This document shows positions 56,619 through 64,000 of a stretch of DNA of 64,000 nt, one piece after another. The notes under the pieces are model-generated. The model worked only from the letters and a program-made list of their open reading frames with translations, searched no databases and was not told the origin of the DNA. A program made the translations under genes and the position numbers. This stretch comes from Chitinophaga pinensis (GTDB taxonomy: Bacteria; Bacteroidota; Bacteroidia; Chitinophagales; Chitinophagaceae): NCBI GenBank assembly GCA_943371565.1, contig CALRVH010000010.1:23940-87939 (forward strand), written 5' to 3'. Numbering within the stretch: the stretch's first letter is position 1; the number at the start of each line of letters is the position of its first letter.

Positions 56619-57995
56619 TCATTTCTTCAAAGTAGGAAGTAAAACTGTGATATGTGTACCTGAGTCATGTAGTGATTGGATGACGAGGTTTCCTTTGTGC
56701 AAACCAATGATTCTCCTGGCAAGTGTTAACCCAAGGCCTACGCCTGGTTTGCTATCTGAATTAGCCCCCCTGTAAAAAGGCTCGAAGATTCTTTCAATTT
56801 CTTCAGTGGAAATAAAATCACTTTTATTACTGAATATAATCTCTGCCTCGGTTCCTTTAAGTTGCAACCCGATAGTTGTTTTCTTATCAGGAGAATATTT
56901 GCAGCCATTCTCCATAATATTCTTGAATGCGCTGTGCAATAAATGTATATTACCAAAAACCAGGCATTCATTTTCATCCTCCGGTAACTCAGGAAATGCT
57001 AATTCAATTTTATATCCGTCGTTTTGCCGCAAAACTTCACTATGGGCCTTTATTAAAATTTCATCCAGCCGTACTTTCTCAAGTGAAATAGCACCATGTG
57101 TACCTGCTTTAGCAATTTCGAGCAGGTTTCTTGTAAGAAAATGAAGACCCTGAACATCCTTTAGTACTGATGCCAATACTTTTTCATATTCAGTAGTAGT
57201 TCTGGACTGCAGCAGTGCTACCTGTATCTGACTTGAAATGGAGGTAAGTGGAGTAGATAATTCATGGGAAGCATTTGATATAAAACGCTTTTCCATGGCA
57301 AATGATTCTTCCAACCTGTTAAGCAAATCATTAAACGTTCCATTTAGCTCGGCCAGTTCATCTTTTCTTTTACCAGTGTAAAGACGGTGTGAGAGATTCT
57401 GGGAAGTTATCAGCTTCACATCACTGATTGTTTCCTTGACTGGCTTAATAATTGTTCTTGAAAATAAATAGCCTGCAATTAAAGTAACCAGAACCGCCAC
57501 CGGAAAATAGATAATAAAAATTTTCTTAAGGTTATTGATATACTCTTTCCCAGCAATATTTTCTGCTGCTACCATTACAATAACCGGAAAATTATCAGTA
57601 TCGCCATAGTAAACATAAATTTCCTTCTCATTACGACTGAAAAAATATTCGCCTTTCATTTTTCCATTAAATAACCATGCAGTGTCTGCCTTTAATTCTC
57701 CGGCGTTAAAATCATGAAACTCATACAACTCTATATAGTCGGGATTATAAATGCTGATACTTTTATTAACTAATGTAGGTGGGGTATTTGCATCCAGCGA
57801 TTTTAGCAGATTCGTCGTATCATTCCTGAACACAGAATATAAATAAGCGGCTCTTGCCGCACGGGTTTTTAGACGTTGCCTGAACTCCTGGTGAACATTA
57901 CTGCGGCTCAGATTAAATATCAGAATAATCATTCCTAATAGAATGCCAGTAACAATAACAGTAAATAAAAGATTTATTTTAAAAGATAGTTTCAT
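56619..57995 (-). CDS. Sensor histidine kinase (HAMP-HisKA-HATPase_c)
   Basis: Two TM helices flank a periplasmic domain of about 130 aa. H-box FISNASHELSTPLTSI, plus N/G boxes. Confidence 0.9.
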   Translation of the reverse strand: MKLSFKINLLFTVIVTGILLGMIILIFNLSRSNVHQEFRQRLKTRAARAAYLYSVFRNDTTNLLKSLDANTPPTLVNKSISIYNPDYIELYEFHDFNAGELKADTAWLFNGKMKGEYFFSRNEKEIYVYYGDTDNFPVIVMVAAENIAGKEYINNLKKIFIIYFPVAVLVTLIAGYLFSRTIIKPVKETISDVKLITSQNLSHRLYTGKRKDELAELNGTFNDLLNRLEESFAMEKRFISNASHELSTPLTSISSQIQVALLQSRTTTEYEKVLASVLKDVQGLHFLTRNLLEIAKAGTHGAISLEKVRLDEILIKAHSEVLRQNDGYKIELAFPELPEDENECLVFGNIHLLHSAFKNIMENGCKYSPDKKTTIGLQLKGTEAEIIFSNKSDFISTEEIERIFEPFYRGANSDSKPGVGLGLTLARRIIGLHKGNLVIQSLHDSGTHITVLLPTLKK

Positions 57996-58684
57996 CAGCT
58001 TTTGTCTTTCAATATATAGCCCATTCCTATTTGTGTATGTATTAATGGAGATTCAAAATCCTTATCTATTTTCTTCCGTAAATAATTCACATATACATCA
58101 ATAACATTAGTACCGCTGTCGAAATCTATATCCCATACATTTAAAGCAATATCCGCACGGGATAAAACCCTGTTTTTATTCCGCAAAAAATATTCCAGCA
58201 ATTGAAACTCTTTTGCCGTCAGCAGTATTGATTTGCCCTCACGGGAAACTTCTTTAGAATCAAGGTTCATTATTAGTTCGCCAGCTCGTAATGAGACTCC
58301 TGTAGCAACGGTATTATGGGTCCTCTTCAACAAAGCCCGGACACGGACAAGTAATTCTCTAAAATCAAATGGCTTGATAATATAGTCATCAGCTCCGGCA
58401 TCAAATCCCTCAATTTTATTATCCACACTACTCATGGCTGTAAGCATCATAACAGGAACAGCAGGGTTAATATTTCTGATCATCTTGCATAAATCATACC
58501 CATTAAGTCCGGGAAGATTAATGTCAAGGATTACTAAATGAAATATGCCCTCTTTAAAAAGATTTAGTCCCAAATTACCGTCATACGCCACTTGTGCCTG
58601 AAAGGAGTTTTCCCTAAGACCCTGGCTAAGTGAGTCAGCAATTTTTTTTTCATCTTCGACAATAAGAATCTGAATATCCTGCAT
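57995..58684 (-). CDS. OmpR-family response regulator
   Basis: Receiver domain (ILIVEDE ... LDINLPGLNG ... KPF) plus a winged-helix domain (LTAKEFQLLEYF ... GMGYIL). It overlaps the kinase gene by 1 nt. Confidence 0.9.
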   Translation of the reverse strand: MQDIQILIVEDEKKIADSLSQGLRENSFQAQVAYDGNLGLNLFKEGIFHLVILDINLPGLNGYDLCKMIRNINPAVPVMMLTAMSSVDNKIEGFDAGADDYIIKPFDFRELLVRVRALLKRTHNTVATGVSLRAGELIMNLDSKEVSREGKSILLTAKEFQLLEYFLRNKNRVLSRADIALNVWDIDFDSGTNVIDVYVNYLRKKIDKDFESPLIHTQIGMGYILKDKS

Positions 58685-58870
58685 ATTTTTCTATTATGTC
58701 GCTACCACAAAGCTAAGTTAATAAGCAGCCCATTCCATACACCCTTTGGTAGAAAGTGAATTGCAATAATGGCATAGTACAAGAATGCTAAAAAACCAAT
58801 GATAGCAGACCAAATGGGTATAAAGAAGGCGGATTGAAATAATGAAGGCAGAAAAGTTGATAGGAAGAAA

Positions 58871-60100
58871 CTACTTTTGCCTTCTCTCCAGTTCTTTTTT
58901 AATCAGTGCCAGCTCTCTTCCGGTTTGTCCTTTCACAGAAGTGTTTTCCTGTGCCCGGCGCATCAGGTAAGGTATTACATCTTTAATAGGACCAAATGGA
59001 AGGTACTTGCTTACCAAGCAGCCTGCATGTGCAAGGTTAAAAGTTATGTTATCACTCATACCATATAGCTGACTCCAGTGAACATGAGGATGGTTCAGCG
59101 GCAATCCCTTCTGCTGCATTAATTGTGCTGCATAAAGGTTGCTATATTCATTATGAGAAGCTACCACCAACGCAACCCTTTCAATATTATCAATACAAAA
59201 TTTCACTCCTTCATTGTAATCCCTGTCACTGCTTTCCTTATCAAGCTGAATGGGAGAAGGATAGCCCATTTCTTCGGCTCTTTTTCTTTCCTTCTCCATA
59301 TAAGCACCACGAACAAGTTTGGCACCTAATATGAAATTTCTTTCAATAGCAGCTTCATAACTATCTTTTAAAAACTGTATTCTGTCATGACGATAATGTT
59401 GTAATGTATTATATACAACAGCCCACTCTTTATTAAAAGTATCCATCATCAGGATGGTTAACGCATCAACAGGATCCTGAACCCAGGTTTCTTCAGCGTC
59501 AATAAATACACCCACTTGTTTTGCTGCTCCTGCTTCGCAGACCCTCATAACCCTGTGACGAACCCGATGCCATTCTTCTTTCTCTTCTGCCGACAAGCTA
59601 TCAATTGCTTTCAGGTATCTTTTCATTAATGTTCCTTCGAAGGAATGCATTATGGTATCCAGTCTTTCTAACAAAGCAAATCTTGCAAAACCCGTCACTT
59701 TCACACTCATGAAAGGGATATTTGGCTGTGTTGCTGCATAGTTAATAACCCGGATGAATTCCTCACAGGCATGATCAAAATTATCTTCCCCTTCTTTTCC
59801 TTCCACACCATAATCAAGGATTACCTGGACATTATATTCCCCTAGTTTTTTGGCCACCACTGCAGTTTCTTCGAGTGTTTCGCCGCCAACAAATTGTGCA
59901 AAGATTGTATTACGGATAATACCATTTACAGGCAACCCGGCCCTGATAGACCAGGGAGCTAATCTTGTGCCTGCTTTTACAAGCCAGGGATTACCCATCA
60001 TGGAAAAAAGGAACTGGGCTTTCTTTAGCTGTTTATCAGTTTTATATTCAAATGCAAATTCAGTATTATCAAATGAAATAATGGGCATTGTTGTATCCAT
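58871..60100 (-). CDS. Proline dehydrogenase
   Basis: A monofunctional PRODH TIM-barrel pattern typical of Bacteroidota (VILDYGVEG, AKLVRGAYME, ASHN, LYGM). Confidence 0.85.
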   Translation of the reverse strand: MDTTMPIISFDNTEFAFEYKTDKQLKKAQFLFSMMGNPWLVKAGTRLAPWSIRAGLPVNGIIRNTIFAQFVGGETLEETAVVAKKLGEYNVQVILDYGVEGKEGEDNFDHACEEFIRVINYAATQPNIPFMSVKVTGFARFALLERLDTIMHSFEGTLMKRYLKAIDSLSAEEKEEWHRVRHRVMRVCEAGAAKQVGVFIDAEETWVQDPVDALTILMMDTFNKEWAVVYNTLQHYRHDRIQFLKDSYEAAIERNFILGAKLVRGAYMEKERKRAEEMGYPSPIQLDKESSDRDYNEGVKFCIDNIERVALVVASHNEYSNLYAAQLMQQKGLPLNHPHVHWSQLYGMSDNITFNLAHAGCLVSKYLPFGPIKDVIPYLMRRAQENTSVKGQTGRELALIKKELERRQK

Positions 60101-60172
60101 ATGGCAAATGTAAGATGTCGCAAAAATAGACGAAAGCCTTTATTCTGAAGAATGAGTTTTATCAACTATTTC

Positions 60173-60889
60173 TTATATGGCCTGATGATTAAAGGGTTGT
60201 AAAACCATCTCGCTTACTACGCCACTGACGGGCTGCTGGCATAAGAACCAGATAGCTTTAGCCGCTTCTTCTGACTGGATCATTTTCTCCCGTTGTACCC
60301 GCAGGTCGATACTGTCCCAAAAAGGAGAATCGACCCCGCCCATAAAAATATTGGTGACCCGTATATCAGTCCGTTTGATTTCTTCCCGGATACTTTGCAT
60401 CATTCCCACTAATCCGAATTTGCTGGCACTATAAGCAGCAGCTCCCGCCATCGGTACTTTACCTAAAACCCCGGGAATATTTATTATGAGGCCTTTCTTT
60501 GCTTCTTTCATGGCCGGCAAAAAGGTTTTTACCAGCAGGAAGGGTCCGAATAAATTATAATTAATTGTCTGAAGAAATTCTGCTTCCGTCAGTGTATCAA
60601 GGGGTTTAATGATACCAATACCGGCTGCATTTATTAAAATATCCAGGGTGGGATAAACCGAAAAAAAGTGATCCTTCAATGCAACTACATCACCTGGCTG
60701 GGAAATATCTGCAACAAATGTTTTATCATCACCCACTCCAGCTGAAGAGGCGACAGCAGCCAATTTTTCCGGGTTGCGGCCCACTAAAAAAAGATTGGCG
60801 CCGCTACCAGCCAACAATTTTGCTAACCTTGATCCTATACCGCCTGTTGCTCCAACCAGCAGTATGTTTTTTCCTTTTACCGGCTCCAT
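60173..60889 (-). CDS. Classical SDR-family oxidoreductase
   Basis: ATG at 60889 (MEPVKGKNILLVGATGGIGS). NAAG and the catalytic YSASK are intact. Confidence 0.85.
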   Translation of the reverse strand: MEPVKGKNILLVGATGGIGSRLAKLLAGSGANLFLVGRNPEKLAAVASSAGVGDDKTFVADISQPGDVVALKDHFFSVYPTLDILINAAGIGIIKPLDTLTEAEFLQTINYNLFGPFLLVKTFLPAMKEAKKGLIINIPGVLGKVPMAGAAAYSASKFGLVGMMQSIREEIKRTDIRVTNIFMGGVDSPFWDSIDLRVQREKMIQSEEAAKAIWFLCQQPVSGVVSEMVLQPFNHQAI

Positions 60890-61033
60890 AACTTGTTTTG
60901 AATGCAACAAATAATCACCCTGTTTGTTGAGATTTTGCAAAGGAAATAATAGATGTAGCTGCTGTTATATTTCCACATCAGTTTTTTAAACCGATATTTT
61001 AGATGCAGCATATTTTCTGGCAACAACAAACAA

Positions 61034-61186
61034 ATGAAACAAAAGCGTAAGGCAGAGTTGCCGCAAAAGATTTGCATCGTGTGTAACCGACCCTATACCT
61101 GGCGGAAGAAATGGGAAAAAATATGGGAAGAGATAAAGTATTGCAGCGATAAATGCCGGATGAACCGTAATAAGACCAGCCGCTAA
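61034..61186 (+). CDS. DUF2256 small zinc-ribbon-like protein (50 aa, absent from ORF track)
   Basis: ATG at 61034, TAA at 61184-61186. The translation is [50 protein letters not shown]. The CxxC...W(R/K)KKWE...YCSxxCR pattern matches DUF2256 as I recall it. Confidence 0.75.
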   Translation: MKQKRKAELPQKICIVCNRPYTWRKKWEKIWEEIKYCSDKCRMNRNKTSR

Positions 61187-61461
61187 CGTTTGCTTATTTT
61201 ATTTCCTGAAACAGTTCTTTGCCTGCTGCATTTAAAACGACTAACATTATCACTCCGAAGCGATTGATGCTTCGTATTCCTGCCATTCATTCTTTTTCGC
61301 CACATTAAAAAACTACTACTTTTCATTTGTCGTCTCATCAACCTGATTACTTCTTTTTCAGGTAGTCCAAACTGAATTTTGATAGCTTCAAATGGGGTAC
61401 GGTCTTCCCAGGCCATTTCTATGATCCGGTCTATTTGCCTTTCTGTTAAAGATTCTTTCAT
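61183..61461 (-). CDS. TIGR03643/DUF2805 family protein
   Basis: Carries the signature [15 protein letters not shown]. At 92 aa, it overlaps the DUF2256 gene by 4 nt (convergent). Confidence 0.8.
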   Translation of the reverse strand: MKESLTERQIDRIIEMAWEDRTPFEAIKIQFGLPEKEVIRLMRRQMKSSSFLMWRKRMNGRNTKHQSLRSDNVSRFKCSRQRTVSGNKISKR

Positions 61462-61545
61462 AAAATCAGGTAAATACTAAAACAATTTTGCCTGCTTCTA
61501 TCTATACAACCATTAAGAGTTGAATTTGTTATATAAAAAAAAAGG

Positions 61546-62673
61546 ATGAACTTTTCAACGGATTATAAAAAGATATTGAACAAGGTAGATGCCATTGATG
61601 CAATTCAGTATGGGAAAACAAGAAACTATTTTGATGGTGATGTAACATTTCTTTCCCCCTACATTTCAAGAGGTGTAATTAGTACAAAGCAGATACTGAA
61701 TGCTGTACTTGCAAAAGGATACAATAAATTTCAGCTAAAAAAATTTATACAGCAGCTGGCCTGGCGGGAATATTTTCAACGGGTTTGGCAACACCTGGAA
61801 GATGATATATTCGATGATATACGCCAACGCTATACAGGAATCAAACACCGGCAAATTCCTTTGGCGTTAGTAAATGCCGGTACAGGTATTCATGCTGTTG
61901 ATAAAGCGATAGGAATGTTATATGAAACCGGCTATATGCATAATCATTTAAGAATGTACACGGCCAGTATAGCCAGCAATTTTGGGAAAGCCTATTGGCA
62001 AATGCCATCCCAATGGATGTATTATCATTTGCTTGATGGCGACCTGGCCAGCAACACCTGCAGCTGGCAATGGGTAGCCGGAACTTTTTCTTCAAAGCAA
62101 TACTTTTGCAACCAGGAGAATATTAATAAGTACACCGGAATCAAACAACAACATACTTTTTTAGATAAGCCGTATGATGAATTCCCGGTTCAGGAAACAC
62201 CTGACGTCCTTTCTCCTGTTACTTTACTTCAGTTAAAAACTATATTACCAGAAAAGAAAATTCCTGAACTGGATGGTTCTCTCCCTTTACTTATCTACAC
62301 ATCTTATAATCTTGATCCGCAATGGAGGCAAGATATAAAAGCCAACCGGTTACTGTTACTGGAACCATCTCATTTCAAACAATACCCTGTTAGTGAGAAA
62401 GTAATAACGTTTATCATAGACCTTGCTAAGAATATAGATGGTTTGCAGGTATTTGTAGGAGAGGCTAATGAAATTCCTTTGCTTAATCAGTTCCCGGACA
62501 TTTATTCAAAAGAACATCCCGCATTTAATCACCTTCCGGGTAAAAAAGATGAAAGGGATTGGTTGTTCCCTGAAGTAAAGGGTTACTATAATTCTTTTTT
62601 TAGCTTTTGGAAAAAATGTGAAAAAACACTTCAGAAAAAAGAAAGTTTCATGCCCGAACTGATACGGGCCTGA
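61546..62673 (+). CDS. Photolyase/cryptochrome-related protein starting with the FAD-binding helical domain
   Basis: LSPYISRGVIS, QQLAWREYF, TGYMHNHLRMYTASI and DGDLASNTCSWQWVAG align with the C-terminal FAD-binding domain of DNA photolyases. They occupy aa ~35-210. No N-terminal alpha/beta domain precedes them. Confidence 0.8.
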   Translation: MNFSTDYKKILNKVDAIDAIQYGKTRNYFDGDVTFLSPYISRGVISTKQILNAVLAKGYNKFQLKKFIQQLAWREYFQRVWQHLEDDIFDDIRQRYTGIKHRQIPLALVNAGTGIHAVDKAIGMLYETGYMHNHLRMYTASIASNFGKAYWQMPSQWMYYHLLDGDLASNTCSWQWVAGTFSSKQYFCNQENINKYTGIKQQHTFLDKPYDEFPVQETPDVLSPVTLLQLKTILPEKKIPELDGSLPLLIYTSYNLDPQWRQDIKANRLLLLEPSHFKQYPVSEKVITFIIDLAKNIDGLQVFVGEANEIPLLNQFPDIYSKEHPAFNHLPGKKDERDWLFPEVKGYYNSFFSFWKKCEKTLQKKESFMPELIRA

Positions 62674-62713
62674 TAGCGGCTTCACCTTGCTTATCTTTGT
62701 CTAAATATATTAC

Positions 62714-63229
62714 ATGGAAGCAAAAAAATCAGCCGGCAGTTTAATTATCATGACAGAAATTGTACTACCGAACGATACCAACATATTCGGCAACCTGATG
62801 GGTGGCCGGCTTATGTACTGGATGGATATTGCAGCTGCATTATCTGCACAAAAACATTGCAACGCACCGGTTGTAACTGCCTCGGTAGATAATATATCTT
62901 TTGAAAACCCCATCAAACTTGGCAACGCTGTTCATATAGAAGCTAAAGTCAGCAGAGCCTTTAACAGTTCCATGGAAGTACACCTGAAAGTATGGGGAGA
63001 AGACATGATACAGCAGTTTAAATACAAAAGTAACGAAGCCTATTATACATTTGTAGCACTTGACCCCAACCGTAAACCCCGGCCTGTTCCCCAACTGGAA
63101 GTAGAAACAGAAGAAGAGAAAAAACTATTTGATGGTGCATTAAGAAGAAGGCAACTACGATTAATTCTTGGAGGAAAGATGAAACCCGATGATGCGGTGG
63201 AACTCAAGGCGTTCTTTTTGAAAGATTAA
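62714..63229 (+). CDS. Acyl-CoA thioesterase (hotdog fold, YciA-like)
   Basis: Contains the LPNDTNIFGNLMGGRLMYWMD block. Length is 171 aa. Confidence 0.85.
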   Translation: MEAKKSAGSLIIMTEIVLPNDTNIFGNLMGGRLMYWMDIAAALSAQKHCNAPVVTASVDNISFENPIKLGNAVHIEAKVSRAFNSSMEVHLKVWGEDMIQQFKYKSNEAYYTFVALDPNRKPRPVPQLEVETEEEKKLFDGALRRRQLRLILGGKMKPDDAVELKAFFLKD

Positions 63230-63241
63230 TCACTGCTATTC

Positions 63242-64000
63242 TCAGGTACTGGTCGTCTGCCAATGATGCCGGCCCATCATCATATATTTTTTACTTTGCT
63301 CAATTGAATCCATGATTTGAGCCAGTATAATTTCAGTTGGTGCTTCATAGTCAATGACCAAAGGCTCCTTAAAAGTGATAGAAAGTAATGAGCCTTTCTT
63401 TTTGAACTTCAATCCCTTTTTGTTAAATGCCCTCCAGAATCCACTTATCACCACAGGAATAACAATTGGTTTCGTTTGCTTGATGATTAATGCCGTTCCT
63501 TTTCTCCCCGGAGCAAATGGCTTGGTTGTTCCCTGGGGAAAGGTAATGACCCAGTTATTTTCCAATGCCCTGTATATTTTTCTTGTATCAGATGGGTCAA
63601 GCCCTTTTCTTTTTTCTTTTACCTCTTTATTCCAGGTACGTTTAACTGTTATTCCTCCTGCCAATAAAAATAAACGACTGATAAGGCTTCCTTTCATAGT
63701 GGCTTCTGCAGCCACATAATTAACCCTGGTAAATGGATTCAATAAATAATAAGGAATCCCTAACCGGTTCATTTTACCCCATTTCACAGCGCAGAAAATG
63801 TGCAGAAAAGTAATGACGTCTGCAAAATAGGTTTGATGGTTACTTACAAATAAAACTTTTGATTTCGGCAGGTCCTTAAGATGTTCTGTTCCTGTTATCT
63901 TAAGTTTATTCACCATAGCAAGACCCGGGTAAGAAAACAGCCCCACAAAGAAGTAAACTATTTTTCTGACCGGATGAAAATTCCTTAACCTTTCGCCAAT
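63242..64000 (-). CDS. 1-acyl-sn-glycerol-3-phosphate acyltransferase family protein (5' end may lie beyond window)
   Basis: HxxxxD block (SNHQTYFAD) and FPQGTT block. The frame stays open upstream of the ORF-track GTG (63946) through base 64000. Confidence 0.8.
   Translation of the reverse strand: MGERLRNFHPVRKIVYFFVGLFSYPGLAMVNKLKITGTEHLKDLPKSKVLFVSNHQTYFADVITFLHIFCAVKWGKMNRLGIPYYLLNPFTRVNYVAAEATMKGSLISRLFLLAGGITVKRTWNKEVKEKRKGLDPSDTRKIYRALENNWVITFPQGTTKPFAPGRKGTALIIKQTKPIVIPVVISGFWRAFNKKGLKFKKKGSLLSITFKEPLVIDYEAPTEIILAQIMDSIEQSKKYMMMGRHHWQTTST

Noticed and set aside
58702-58905. A stop-to-stop frame on the minus strand in the putA-like/regulator spacer. It encodes a strongly hydrophobic peptide (...FFIPIWSAIIGFLAFLYYAIIAIHFLPKGVWNGLLINLALW).
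   Set aside because: There is no in-frame ATG, GTG or upstream TTG start codon in the frame, and it is absent from the ORF track. The hydrophobicity may simply reflect T-rich sequence. It is worth a glance only if ribosome profiling is available.
1-64000. A search for mobile elements, prophage, integrases, toxin-antitoxin pairs, CRISPR-Cas, tRNA or rRNA genes.
   Set aside because: No transposase, integrase or recombinase motifs were seen, nor cloverleaf-sized conserved RNA genes or spaced repeat arrays. No non-coding gap exceeds about 400 bp. A tRNA could still be missed by eye, and tRNAscan or Rfam scans would settle this.

Overview
This is a gene-dense 64-kb chromosomal window with about 62 protein-coding genes. 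I saw no rRNA, tRNA, CRISPR array, transposase or integrase. Several signals point to Bacteroidota, probably a Chitinophagaceae- or Sphingobacteriia-like organism (inference only). These are a T9SS C-terminal sorting domain, TPR-HisKA_3 sensor kinases, ExbB/ExbD, AT-rich intergenic regions, and abutting or overlapping genes.

Most of the content is housekeeping: aroK, pyrF, ribD, prmC, fmt, pntAB, folA-thyA, pepT, apbC and putA-like.

Accessory or unusual content:
1. 30276-42724: a TPR sensor kinase/NarL-type regulator pair sits divergent from a tightly packed operon of six exported proteins. I cannot assign any of them to a characterised family. Two pairs of them share modules, and the last gene carries an HFDA ... 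LHxxQDYYSHSNW motif pair suggestive of a metal-dependent hydrolase. This is my best candidate for an undescribed extracytoplasmic system.
2. A eukaryote-type kynurenine/2-aminomuconate tryptophan-catabolic cluster. It includes a RidA protein and an SDR whose catalytic Tyr and Lys are replaced. gcdH and hbd lie nearby.
3. A set of long inverted-repeat elements at the gene junctions of that cluster. One is a dispersed GGTTAATTGG/TTTATTGGG word element that supplies stop codons and also occurs in-frame inside an rRNA methyltransferase-like gene.
4. An exported caspase-fold protein.
5. A GT81 (GpgS-like)-HAD phosphatase fusion at the end of a co-directional regulator, kinase, universal stress protein and TPR gene string.
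6. A photolyase-related trio: DUF2256 (a 50-aa ORF absent from the ORF track), TIGR03643/DUF2805, and a photolyase-like protein that starts directly with the FAD-binding domain.

All family assignments rest on motif recognition by eye. No searches were run.
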